A stretch of DNA of 64,000 nucleotides from the NCBI GenBank assembly GCA_044223005.1, contig JBGAML010000012.1, positions 32,001 through 96,000 of the forward strand, written 5' to 3'. The notes beneath the pieces are model-generated. The model saw only the letters and a list, made by a program, of their open reading frames with translations, had not been told where the DNA came from and did no database searches. The stretch is from Candidatus Eiseniibacteriota bacterium (GTDB lineage Bacteria > Eisenbacteria > RBG-16-71-46). This document shows positions 43,402 through 53,859 of this stretch, piece after piece (within the stretch, counting starts at the first letter, position 1; each line of letters opens with the position of its first letter). The position numbers and the translations under genes were made by a program.

Positions 43402-44321
43402 GCGCCGGCGTGCTGGGCCCCTGGATCGACGCGATCCGCCGCGACCGCAAGGCGTCGGTGGGCGCGGCGGTACTGGCGCTGTTCGCGCTGGTGAGCGTGT
43501 TCGGGCCGCTGTTCGTGGGCGACCCGCAGGCGCTGGTCGGGATCCCGCTGCAGCCGCCCTCGTGGCACCACCTCCTCGGCACCACGGGCCAGGGCCAGGA
43601 CGTGTTCGCGCAGCTGGTGGTGGGCACGCGCATCTCGCTCGCGATCGGGTTCGGGGTCGGCATCGCGGTCGTGCTGATCGGCGCGCTGGTCGGCATCGCC
43701 GCGGGCTACTACGGCGGCCGGGTGGATGGGCTGCTGTCGCTGCTCTTCAACGTCTTCCTCGTGATCCCGGGCCTGCCACTGGCGATCGTGATCGCCGCCT
43801 ACCTGCCCTCGGGCCCTTCGACGCTCGCGCTGGTGCTCATCGTGACGGGCTGGGCGTGGAACGCGCGCGTCGTCCGGGCGCAGACGCTCTCGGCGCGCAA
43901 GCGCGACTACGTCTCCGCGGCCATCGTCACGGGCGAGTCGGACCTGCGCATCCTGGCGCACGAGATCCTGCCGACCATGACCTCGCTGCTGGTCGCGCAG
44001 GTGATCGGCAGCACGATCTACGCGATCGGCGCGCAGGTGGGGCTCGAGTTCCTCGGCCTGGGCGACGTCTCGGCCGTGACCTGGGGCACCAACCTCTACT
44101 GGGCGCAGAACGACTCCGCGCTGCTCACCGGCGCGTGGTGGACGTTCGCCCCGACCGGTCTCTGCGTCGCGCTCGTGGGCTTCGGGCTCAGCATGCTGAA
44201 CTCCGGGTTCGACGAGATCACCAACCCGCGCCTGCAGCTCGAGCGCGCCTGGCGGCGCCACCTCGAGCAGCGTGGCGTCGCGCCGTCCCTCTCGACCCCG
44301 GTGGTGCGCGACCATGAGTGA
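43398..44321 (+). CDS. ABC transporter permease (OppC/DppC-type)
   Basis: PPSWHHLLGTTGQGQDVF, ARVVRAQTL, LEFLGLG and NPRL. Confidence 0.92.
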   Translation: MSAGVLGPWIDAIRRDRKASVGAAVLALFALVSVFGPLFVGDPQALVGIPLQPPSWHHLLGTTGQGQDVFAQLVVGTRISLAIGFGVGIAVVLIGALVGIAAGYYGGRVDGLLSLLFNVFLVIPGLPLAIVIAAYLPSGPSTLALVLIVTGWAWNARVVRAQTLSARKRDYVSAAIVTGESDLRILAHEILPTMTSLLVAQVIGSTIYAIGAQVGLEFLGLGDVSAVTWGTNLYWAQNDSALLTGAWWTFAPTGLCVALVGFGLSMLNSGFDEITNPRLQLERAWRRHLEQRGVAPSLSTPVVRDHE

Positions 44322-45291
44322 CCCCCTGCTCTCGATCCGCGCGCTCGACGTGGACTACGTCACCGGCTCCGGCCCCGTGCGCGCGATCGACCGCGTGTCG
44401 CTGGACGTCGGTGCCGGCGAGATCCTCGGCATCGCCGGCGAGTCGGGCAGCGGCAAGTCGACGCTCGCCCAGACGATCCTTCGCATCCTGCCGCCGCCGG
44501 CCGTCGTCTCGGGCGGCTCGATCCGGTTCGAAGGCCGCGACCTGCTGGAGCTCTCCGAACCCGAGCTGCGCGCCGTGCGCTGGAACCGCATCTCGATGGT
44601 GTTCCAGAGCGCGATGGACGCGCTCAATCCGGTGCTCACGATCGCCGAGCAGATCGTCGACACGCTGCAGGCGCACACGCGCACCTCGCCGCGCGCGGCG
44701 CGCGACCGCGCCGCGGAGCTGCTCGAGATGGTCGGCATCCCCGCGTCGCAGCTGGACCGCTACGCCCACCAGCTCTCGGGCGGCATGCGGCAGCGGGTCG
44801 GCATCGCGCTCGCGCTGGCGCTGCAGCCGGCGCTCGTGATCCTCGACGAGCCGACGACGGCGCTGGACGTGATCGTGGAGCGCGAGATCCTGGAGCAGAT
44901 CCGCGAGCTGCAGGCGAAGCTCGGGTTCTCGGTGCTCTTCATCACGCACGACCTCGGCCGCATGCTGCAGTTCTCCGACCGCGTCGCGATCTTCTACGCC
45001 GCTCGGCTCGCGGAGGTCGGCCCGGCCCACGCGCTCGAGGCCGGCGCGGCGCACCCTTACACCCGCGGGCTGATGCGCGCGTTCCCGTCGCTGCACGGCG
45101 ACGCCGGCAGCCGCGAGAGCATCCCCGGCTCGCCGCCCAGCCTGCAGCGCCCGCCGTCGGGCTGCCGGTTCCATCCGCGCTGCCCGCTCGCGACCGCGCG
45201 CTGCCGCGCCGAGCGCCCCGAGCCCGTCACGATCGCGCCAGGTCACGTGGCGGCCTGCTTCGAGACCGCCGCGGCGCTCGCGTCGCGCTGA
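44314..45291 (+). CDS. ABC transporter ATP-binding protein (OppD-type)
   Basis: GESGSGKS, LSGGMRQR, DEPTTALD, HPYT and GCRFHPRC. Confidence 0.93.
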   Translation: MSDPLLSIRALDVDYVTGSGPVRAIDRVSLDVGAGEILGIAGESGSGKSTLAQTILRILPPPAVVSGGSIRFEGRDLLELSEPELRAVRWNRISMVFQSAMDALNPVLTIAEQIVDTLQAHTRTSPRAARDRAAELLEMVGIPASQLDRYAHQLSGGMRQRVGIALALALQPALVILDEPTTALDVIVEREILEQIRELQAKLGFSVLFITHDLGRMLQFSDRVAIFYAARLAEVGPAHALEAGAAHPYTRGLMRAFPSLHGDAGSRESIPGSPPSLQRPPSGCRFHPRCPLATARCRAERPEPVTIAPGHVAACFETAAALASR

Positions 45292-45310
45292 TCGCGGTCC
45301 CCCGGAACGC

Positions 45311-45346
45311 CGAAGCCGCCGCGCGGTCCCCCGCGCGGCGGCTTCG
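45311..45346. terminator. Hairpin between the two convergent glucan operons
   Basis: CGAAGCCGCCGCGCGG-tccc-CCGCGCGGCGGCTTCG, a 16-bp perfect stem. Confidence 0.65.
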
Positions 45347-45361
45347 CGTATCGGCCCGGGA

Positions 45362-48300
45362 CTACATCCCGAGCTTCAGGTACGTGCGGAACTCCCACTC
45401 GTTGCCGTTGGGATCGCCGTCCAGGCCCGCGTAGCGCGGCGAGTACGGGTCCAGCGAGCGCCAGATCGCCCGCACGCCGATCCGCGTCTGCGGATTGGTG
45501 GCGAACCACTGGGGCGTGCCGAGCGAGTGCGAGACGTCGCCCATCAGCTGCACCGGGTACGTCAGGTTGTAGTCGCGGTAGTAGTCGTACGGGCCGAAGT
45601 CGTCGAACTTGGCGTACGCCTCGACCGACGTGTTCGCCCCGGCCACGTGCAGGTCGACGCCCTTGCGCGTCACGATCCGCGGATCGGGCGCGATGCTGGG
45701 CTCCGCCGTGCCGTACCACGCGTGCGCCACGAGGTGGATCCGCTTCGGCAGGTTGGCGATCACGCGCGAGTTGAGTTCCCAGAGGTCGCGTGGCGGCGTG
45801 GTGGTCGTGGTGGAGAAGTACGTGACGCCGTCCGACAGGAAGCCGACCGCGCCGTCCATGCCCGTCCGGAAGTGCCGGTAGGTGAACCCGAGGTTCGCGG
45901 CGAGCGTCGCGTCCTCGCGCTGCTCGTTGTCCCACGCGTACGCCCACGTCGCGGGCGTCGGGTCCCACGTGAGCAGCATCTCCATGCCGTGCATGTCGCG
46001 GTTCGCGCGCACGGCGAACGGATCGTCGAAGATGTTGCGCAGCACGCCGGGCGAGCGCGCGTCGGGCGGCATGGGACCGACGATCGGGCGCTGCCAGAGG
46101 AAGTTCGGCCCGACCTGCAGCTTGCCGAAGCCGTAGACGAAACCGCCGATCACGTTGCGCTGGTTGCCCGAGCCCGAGTCCTTGAGGTTCCAGCCCGTGT
46201 ACGTGGTGACCGCGGTCGGACCCGCGTCGGCCACGAGGCCCATCGCCGCGGCCTGCGCGTACCACATGAGCCGCTTCACCGAACCCGAGAGCTTGATCTT
46301 GCCACCGTACGTGTCGGCGCGGTGGACGACGTCGCGCAGGATCCGGCCGTCGGAGCCGACGACCTGGAAGTCCTGGTCCACCTTGTTCGCGCCGGCCCAG
46401 ATGCCGCCGGCCTCGATCGTGAGCTTGCCGCGCGTCGTCTTGACCTGGAACGTCGTCTTCGTCGTGGGCTTCACGGGAATCGACGCCGCGGTCGTCGCTT
46501 CGCCCTGCAGCGCGAGGTCGTGCTCGTAGACGACCGACGCGTCGAAGCGGCCGAGGCCGTGGCGGTACTTGGCCATCACCGCCGGGTTGGCGCCCCACCA
46601 GAGCTGCGGACCGACCGCGAGCTTGAGGCCGTTCAGCCGCCGCTTGCCCGCGAGTTCCACGCCCACGGGCGCATCGGCGTCGTAGAGGTCGATGTTGGGG
46701 CCGTAGTTCGCCTCGCGATACAGCCCGAAGAAGTCGCCCTCGTAGCCCCAGTGGTAGTGGCCCGTGCGATAGAACGCGTCGGCCGTGTACCAGCGGTCGT
46801 CCCACGACATGCTGCCCTGGTAGACCTTCACGCGATCGGTGCTGCGGTTCTCGTAGAAGATGTGGTCGATCGGGTTCTGCGGCACGTTGCCGCGGATGTT
46901 GAGCGACAGCTTCGCGGTGACGGTCGGATCCGGGTTCACCTGGAAGTCGGTGTAGAACGACTGGAACTTGTCGTAGCCGTGGAACGGCGGGTCGCCGTAC
47001 ACCGGCGTCTCGGTGAGGTTGCTGCCCGTGCTGATCGTCTCGAAGTCCATGCGCACGCCGGACACCCGCGCGCGCTCGAGCACGCCGACCGCCGACGCCG
47101 CCTGGTCGCCGCGCGCCTGCAGCGCGGCCATGCCGGGCGTGATCGTGGCGAACGTCGTGCGGATCGCGTCGGTCGTCGAGCCGGGGGCGTACGGATCCAT
47201 CGCGAACACGGTCCGCATCGCGTAGTACGCCGCGCGCGGGTAGAGCTCGTAGAGGCCGCGGCCGTCGGGGAAGCCCTTCGCGCAGATCCCCCACCACTCC
47301 TCGTTCATGTTGTTCTCGCCCTGCACGAAGTCGTCGGTGTAGCCGCCGTCGGGCCAGGACGCGTTCGCGTCGTGGACGTCGAGCCGCTCCTCCTGCTTGA
47401 ACTTCCACCAGCCGTCGGACCACTGGAAGATGCAGCCGCCGATCGCGTTGCCTTCTTGCCCGTGCCCGGCGGTCTTCTCGTAGATCTCGCGCCACTGCCC
47501 GACCAGGAACTTCGCCTGCATCGCCTGGTCCTCGCGCTGCTCCTTCGAGTTGAACGCGTCGCAACCGAACTCGGTGTACATGATCGGGATGCCGAGCGTG
47601 TCGTGGACGCGGCGGTAGAGGTCGCCGGCGGAGATGCCGCGATAGACGTTGGTGCCGAACACGTCGAGCCCCTTGCACTCCGAGGCGACGAGGTCGAGGT
47701 ACTGGAGGTCGCCGTTGGCGATCGCCACCGGCACCGACGGATCCTGCGCCTTGGTCGCGCGGGCGATTTCGCCGAAAAGCGAGTAGAGGAACTTCGCGCG
47801 GGCCTTGTCGCGCTCGCCCTTGGGCAGCGCCTCGATCTCGAACGAGCTCCAGGACAGGCCGTAGTTGTTCTCGTTGCCGAGCAGGTACATGAGCACGCCG
47901 GGCGTGCCCTGGTACGTCTTCACCATCGCCGCGACGTCGGTCGCGAGCATGGTCCGGACGCGCGGGTCGGAGTAGTCGATCGCCGGCGTCCACACGCCGT
48001 CGATCGTGAGCCCGTAGCGGCCGACCGTGTGGTTCACGATGCACCAGATGCCGTAGCGGTCGTGGATGTACTTCACCCAGCGCGGCGGGATGCCGTTGGC
48101 GACGCGGATCGCGTTCACGCCCATGCCGGCGAGGAGCGACATCTCACGGTCGAGCGCGGTCGTGATCACGTCCTCGGGCTGGCGGAAGAGATCGAACGCG
48201 TAGTTCTGCCCGATCGGGATGTAGTCCCAGTTCATGCCCTTCACGAGGAAGTCGCGGCCATTCACCTGCAGCCGCGAACCGCTCGCGTCGGTCACGACGC

Positions 48301-48433
48301 GAACCACGTCCCGTGCGGGCGCAGCGTCCTCGGCGTGTGCGGCGCCGGCGGCAAACGCCAGCAGCACGAGCGCGGGCGCGAGCCAACGGATCGTTCCGGT
48401 GAACGAGGGCCGGGTGGGGCGATTCGTGCTCAC
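45362..48433 (-). CDS. Clan GH-A (GH2-like TIM barrel) glycosidase fused to a putative outer-membrane beta-barrel
   Basis: Signal peptide, VKGMNW, GVNAIR, acid/base GNENNYG, nucleophile YTEFG, FQWSDGWWK and NEEWWG. The C-terminal ~550 aa are aromatic-rich alternating beta-strands. Confidence 0.75.
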   Translation of the reverse strand: MSTNRPTRPSFTGTIRWLAPALVLLAFAAGAAHAEDAAPARDVVRVVTDASGSRLQVNGRDFLVKGMNWDYIPIGQNYAFDLFRQPEDVITTALDREMSLLAGMGVNAIRVANGIPPRWVKYIHDRYGIWCIVNHTVGRYGLTIDGVWTPAIDYSDPRVRTMLATDVAAMVKTYQGTPGVLMYLLGNENNYGLSWSSFEIEALPKGERDKARAKFLYSLFGEIARATKAQDPSVPVAIANGDLQYLDLVASECKGLDVFGTNVYRGISAGDLYRRVHDTLGIPIMYTEFGCDAFNSKEQREDQAMQAKFLVGQWREIYEKTAGHGQEGNAIGGCIFQWSDGWWKFKQEERLDVHDANASWPDGGYTDDFVQGENNMNEEWWGICAKGFPDGRGLYELYPRAAYYAMRTVFAMDPYAPGSTTDAIRTTFATITPGMAALQARGDQAASAVGVLERARVSGVRMDFETISTGSNLTETPVYGDPPFHGYDKFQSFYTDFQVNPDPTVTAKLSLNIRGNVPQNPIDHIFYENRSTDRVKVYQGSMSWDDRWYTADAFYRTGHYHWGYEGDFFGLYREANYGPNIDLYDADAPVGVELAGKRRLNGLKLAVGPQLWWGANPAVMAKYRHGLGRFDASVVYEHDLALQGEATTAASIPVKPTTKTTFQVKTTRGKLTIEAGGIWAGANKVDQDFQVVGSDGRILRDVVHRADTYGGKIKLSGSVKRLMWYAQAAAMGLVADAGPTAVTTYTGWNLKDSGSGNQRNVIGGFVYGFGKLQVGPNFLWQRPIVGPMPPDARSPGVLRNIFDDPFAVRANRDMHGMEMLLTWDPTPATWAYAWDNEQREDATLAANLGFTYRHFRTGMDGAVGFLSDGVTYFSTTTTTPPRDLWELNSRVIANLPKRIHLVAHAWYGTAEPSIAPDPRIVTRKGVDLHVAGANTSVEAYAKFDDFGPYDYYRDYNLTYPVQLMGDVSHSLGTPQWFATNPQTRIGVRAIWRSLDPYSPRYAGLDGDPNGNEWEFRTYLKLGM

Positions 48434-49817
48434 GAGTGTCTCCTCGAGTCGCTCATCGAGGCGTTCCGCCCGGCGGCGTGACGCGCGATGAAGTCGCGAT
48501 ACCAGTGAGCGCTCGCGCGAGGCGTGCGTCGCTGGGTGACGTAGTCCACGTGGAAGAGGCCGAAGCGCTTGGCGAACCCCTGCCCCCATTCGAAGTTGTC
48601 CATGAACGACCAGGCGAAGTAGGCCTCGAGCGGCACGCCGTCGGCGATCGCCTGCGCCGCGGCTTCGAGGTGGTCCCGCAGGAATGCCACGCGCCGGGCG
48701 TCGTCGATCGGGACGGCGCTACCGGGCGGATCGGGGAACGCGGCCCCGTTCTCGGTGACGTGGATGCGGGCCGGAGCGTATTCGCGCGTGACGCGGAGCA
48801 GCACCTCGCGCAGGCCCGCCGGCCAGACCTCCCAGCCCATGTCCGTCAGCTCGTGGCGGGGCACCATCGGCACGGATTCGGGCCGGCCGTTCGCGCCCGG
48901 CCGGATCACGTTCCGGCTGTAGTAGTTGATGCCCAGGAAATCGATCGGCGCGGCGATCGCGGCCATGTCGCCCGCGAGCGCGAAGTCGAGCTCGGGCCCG
49001 CGCAGGTGCCCGTGGCGCACGCGGTCCGCGACCGCGTCGGCCGGGTATCGGCCGTGGAAGATCGGATCGAGGAACCAGCGGTTGAAGAAGCCGTCGTACT
49101 CGCGCGCGGCGTCACGATCGGCCGCCGACTCCGAGGCCGGCTGCACCGCGGTGAGGATGTTCACGATCCCGACCTGCGCCCCGGGAGCGTTGCGGCGGAC
49201 CACCGGCAGCGCGCGCCCGTGCGAGAGCAGCAGGTGGTGCGCGACGCGCAGCGAGGCCTCCGGCGAGCGCAACCCGGGCGCATGCACGCCGGTCTCGTGC
49301 CCGAGATGCGAGACGCACCAGGGCTCGTTGTGCGTCGCCCAGTGCTGCACGCGATCGCCGAGCCGCCGGCTCACCGCGTCGGCGTAGTCCACGAACGCGT
49401 CCACGGTGGAGCGTGCGTACCAGCCGCCCTGGTCCTGCAGCGCCTGCGGCAGGTCCCAGTGATCGAGCGTCACGTGCGGCGTGATCCCGGCTTCGAGCAG
49501 CGCGTCCACCATCGCGTCGTAGGTCGCGAGCCCGGCCGCGAGCGGCGTGCCACGCCCGCTCGGCAGGACGCGCGGCCACGCGATCGAGAAGCGGTAGGCG
49601 TTGACGCCGAGGCCGGCGAGCAGCGCGAAGTCGTCGCGCCAGCGGCGCCAGTGGTCGCACGCGACCCGCGGGTCCGTGCCGTCGGCGATGTTGCCCGGGA
49701 TGCTCGCGAAACGGTCCCAGACGGACTCGCCGCGGCCGCCCTCGTCGACGGCGCCCTCGATCTGGGCGGCCGATGTGGCGACGCCGAACAGGAATCCGGG
49801 CGGGAACGCGGTCGAGC

Positions 49818-49821
<4 letters not shown>
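48430..49821 (-). CDS. bglA: GH1 beta-glucosidase (cytoplasmic)
   Basis: FLFGVATSAAQIEG, YRFSIAWPRV, THNEP, VTENG and WSFMDNFEW. Confidence 0.93.
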
Positions 49822-50846
<1,025 letters not shown>

Positions 50847-50871
50847 GGGCGTTTCGACCTCCGAAGAAACT

Positions 50872-50921
50872 ACTTTGTTCGCACGTCGAACATAGTCTAG
50901 GATTTCTGTCGTGGAAGTCAA
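50872..50921 (-). promoter_or_regulatory. Sigma70-type promoter overlapped by a second ROK-type operator
   Basis: Minus strand TTGACT-N16-TAGACT. Palindrome ACTTTGTTCG-cacgt-CGAACATAGT (50872-96) matches the 37153-77 site. Confidence 0.72.
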
Positions 50922-51156
50922 GGGGAACGGCTCGCCGCGACGCCGGAACGCGCCTCTCACGCGCATCGGCGGGCGGATTCCCCGGAGCGAATCACCGCGG
51001 GCGCGAGCCCGCGGACGCCGGAAGTGAACCGTCCGGCGCGTCGCGAGGCAACCCACGAATGGTGCGGGCTCGAACGCCCGTCCCGCTCGCCGGCGGTCCC
51101 GGACGCCACGGACGCGATCGTGCCCCCGCTGCATCCCATCCGAGGAGGTTCCACCC

Positions 51157-52131
51157 ATGTTTCGTCGCCTGATCCCGGTCGCCGCGGCGGCGCTGCTCCT
51201 GATCGCGCCCGTCGCGAGCCATGCCGCCCTCTCGGCCTACACGCAGAGCTTCGAGTCGCTGGTCCAGGCCGATCCCAACGCGCTCGCGAGCGACGGTTGG
51301 CTCGTGTTCGGCAACGTCTTCAATGGCACGACCAACGCCTACCTGTACGGCTACGGCCCGTACCCGGCGCCGAACGGCACCGGATTCTTTTGCGGGGTCG
51401 ACGCCGGCCAGGGCGGCCCGGACCAGGGCCTGCAGCAGCTGAGCGTCTACAGCGACTACAACAACACCGATCACGCCAACGGCAATTGGATCGAGTCGAA
51501 CGTGTATCGCGAACAGACGATCGCGCAGTCCGACGTGGGCAGCACCTGGACGTTCCAGTTCGACGCCAAGCTCGGCAACCTCGCCGGCGCTTCGACCGCG
51601 TGGGCGTTCATCAAGACGCTCGATCCCGCGAACGGCTACATCACGACGAACTTCCTGCAGGTTTCCACGACGGCGATCCCGACGACCTGGAACACCTACT
51701 CGACGCAGATCACGATCACGCAGGGACTCGTGGGCCAGCTGTTCCAGATCGGGTTCGCGAGCCGCGCCACGCACTACGAGGGCTCGGCCGTGTTCTACGA
51801 CAACGTGGTGCTGTCCAAGAACACCACGGGCGTCACGCCGGGCCCGGTCGCGAACCGGCTCGACCTGCGCCTCGCGTCGCCGAACCCGGTCGTGGGCCAG
51901 GCGAACCTCGACTGGTCGCTGCCGGCCGCGGGCAACGCCGAGCTCGCCGTGTACGACGTGACGGGCCGCCGCGTCGTCTCGCTGTTCCACGGCATCGCCG
52001 ACGCCGGCCTGCACCGTGCGACCTGGGACGGCCGCACGAGCGACGGCCTCCGGGCGCCCGCGGGCGTCTACCGCGCCGTGCTCCGCACGAGCTCGGGCCT
52101 GACGTCGCGCAGCCTCGTCATCGGTCTCTGA
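51157..52131 (+). CDS. Secreted protein: beta-sandwich (CBM-like) domain plus C-terminal FlgD-Ig/T9SS-like sorting domain
   Basis: GGAGG RBS, signal peptide, and SPNP...VYDVTGRRV...WDGR...GVYR C-terminus. Confidence 0.8.
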   Translation: MFRRLIPVAAAALLLIAPVASHAALSAYTQSFESLVQADPNALASDGWLVFGNVFNGTTNAYLYGYGPYPAPNGTGFFCGVDAGQGGPDQGLQQLSVYSDYNNTDHANGNWIESNVYREQTIAQSDVGSTWTFQFDAKLGNLAGASTAWAFIKTLDPANGYITTNFLQVSTTAIPTTWNTYSTQITITQGLVGQLFQIGFASRATHYEGSAVFYDNVVLSKNTTGVTPGPVANRLDLRLASPNPVVGQANLDWSLPAAGNAELAVYDVTGRRVVSLFHGIADAGLHRATWDGRTSDGLRAPAGVYRAVLRTSSGLTSRSLVIGL

Positions 52132-52142
52132 TCGCGCCCACG

Positions 52143-52173
52143 GACGGGCGGCCGCTTCCCGCGGCCGCCCGTC
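52143..52173 (+). terminator. Intergenic hairpin (terminator or mRNA-stabilising element)
   Basis: GACGGGCGGCCGC-ttccc-GCGGCCGCCCGTC, 13 bp, followed by GTGGTTTT. Confidence 0.5.
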
Positions 52174-52208
52174 GTGGTTTTCCCCCCGTCATCGCCGAGG
52201 AGTCGCCC

Positions 52209-53807
52209 ATGCCGGGCCGTCAGGCACTGATCGCACTCGCGTTGCTCGTCGCTCTCACGGGAGCCGCCACCGAGACCCGCGCCCAGTGCATGCTCGCGAA
52301 CCCCAGCTTCGAGATCGCCGGCAGCAGCGGCGCGACCTTCGCCGGCTGGTCCCAGTTCGGCACCGTCCTGTCGTCCTCGTCGGCCCCGCACGGCCACAAG
52401 TCGGCGCTCGTCGTGGGCCCGAGCACGAACGCGTGGGACGTCGCCGGCGTGTGGCAGTCGCTGGACTGCACGCCCGGCCAGCAGTGGACCGCGACCGTGC
52501 TCGTCGAGCACCCGTCCTCGGCGCCGCTCACCACGGGCTGCCAGGCGCTGCTCAACATCGAGTGGCGCGACTCGGGCGGAAACCTGATCTCCTACGAGTC
52601 GCACACGCTGGCCGACGCCGGAACGCCCGCCGACACGTGGCGACAGGTGCCGGTGACGAGCGGCACGGCGCCCGCGGGCACCGCGTCGATCCACTTCCTG
52701 CTCGGTGTCCTGCACGCGCCCGGCGCGGCGGTCCCGCAGGTGCTGTTCGATTCGCCCACGTGCGACCTCGTCTCGCCCTCGCTCTCGAGCTACCAGTGGG
52801 GCGACTTCGGCGGTGGCCGCACGATCAGCTTCTCCGGCCGCACGTGGCGCGTGAAGGGCCCGGGCTACTACGGCCCCGGCCCGAACTCGTTCGATAACGG
52901 CACGGGCGCGGTGTTCCTCGACGCGAACGGACGGCTCCACCTCACGATCCACAAGATCGGCGCCGTCTGGTGGAGCAGCGAGGTCGCGCTCGACCAGGTG
53001 CTGGGCTACGGCGACTACGTCTTCACCACGCGCGGGCACCTCGAGACGTTCGACCGCAACGCGGTGCTCGGGATGTTCCTCTGGGAATACGGTCCCTGCT
53101 ACAACACGAGCTACCTGTGGTGGAACCCCTACAACGAAATCGACGTCGAGATCAGCCGCTGGGGCAACGCCGCGAACGCGAACGCGCAGTTCGTCGCGCA
53201 ACCGGCCGGCACCGGCGCGGTCTCCCGCTTCAACGTCGCCGCGGGGGACACCGAGCTCGTGAGCCACGCCATGCGCTGGCTGCCGGACCGGGTCGAGTAC
53301 CGCTGCTGGCGCGGCGGACCGTCGGCCGAGTCCGCGGCCAACATGATCGCGTCGTGGACCTACACCGGCCCCTACCTGCCGCGGCCCGAGATCCCGCGCG
53401 TGCATCTCAACTTCTGGCAGCTCGCCGCGCCCACGGTGACGCAGGAGGCCGTGTTCGAGTCTTTCGTGTTCCGCTCCGCGTGCCCGAGCGAGAACTGCGG
53501 CGCGCTCGCCGCGGATCCGCTGCCGGTACGCACGGGGTTGCGGCTGCTCGCGTCGCCCAATCCGGCCGCCTCGCGCTCGTGGATCCGCTTCTCGGTACCG
53601 GTCTCGGGCCCCGCCCGCGTGGCGGTGTACGACGTCACGGGCCGGCACGTGCGGACGCTGTGGGACCGCACGGCGGAATCCGGCGAGCATGCGGTCGAGT
53701 GGGACGCGCGCGGCGAGTCCGGCGCGCGCGTGGCGGCGGGTGTGTACCTGGTGCGGCTGCAGGCCGCGGGCGCGACGGCGACGGCGCGCATGGTGGTCGT
53801 TCGGTGA
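52209..53807 (+). CDS. Secreted CBM-like + GH16-like glycoside hydrolase with C-terminal FlgD-Ig/T9SS-like domain
   Basis: LANPSFE CBM-like start, NEIDVEISRW (ExDxE) and SPNP..VYDVTGR..GVYLVRL. Confidence 0.78.
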   Translation: MPGRQALIALALLVALTGAATETRAQCMLANPSFEIAGSSGATFAGWSQFGTVLSSSSAPHGHKSALVVGPSTNAWDVAGVWQSLDCTPGQQWTATVLVEHPSSAPLTTGCQALLNIEWRDSGGNLISYESHTLADAGTPADTWRQVPVTSGTAPAGTASIHFLLGVLHAPGAAVPQVLFDSPTCDLVSPSLSSYQWGDFGGGRTISFSGRTWRVKGPGYYGPGPNSFDNGTGAVFLDANGRLHLTIHKIGAVWWSSEVALDQVLGYGDYVFTTRGHLETFDRNAVLGMFLWEYGPCYNTSYLWWNPYNEIDVEISRWGNAANANAQFVAQPAGTGAVSRFNVAAGDTELVSHAMRWLPDRVEYRCWRGGPSAESAANMIASWTYTGPYLPRPEIPRVHLNFWQLAAPTVTQEAVFESFVFRSACPSENCGALAADPLPVRTGLRLLASPNPAASRSWIRFSVPVSGPARVAVYDVTGRHVRTLWDRTAESGEHAVEWDARGESGARVAAGVYLVRLQAAGATATARMVVVR

Positions 53808-53859
53808 AATCGAAGACGCGCCTCCCGCACGCGCGGGTCCGGCGCGAGAGGAGCGTTCG

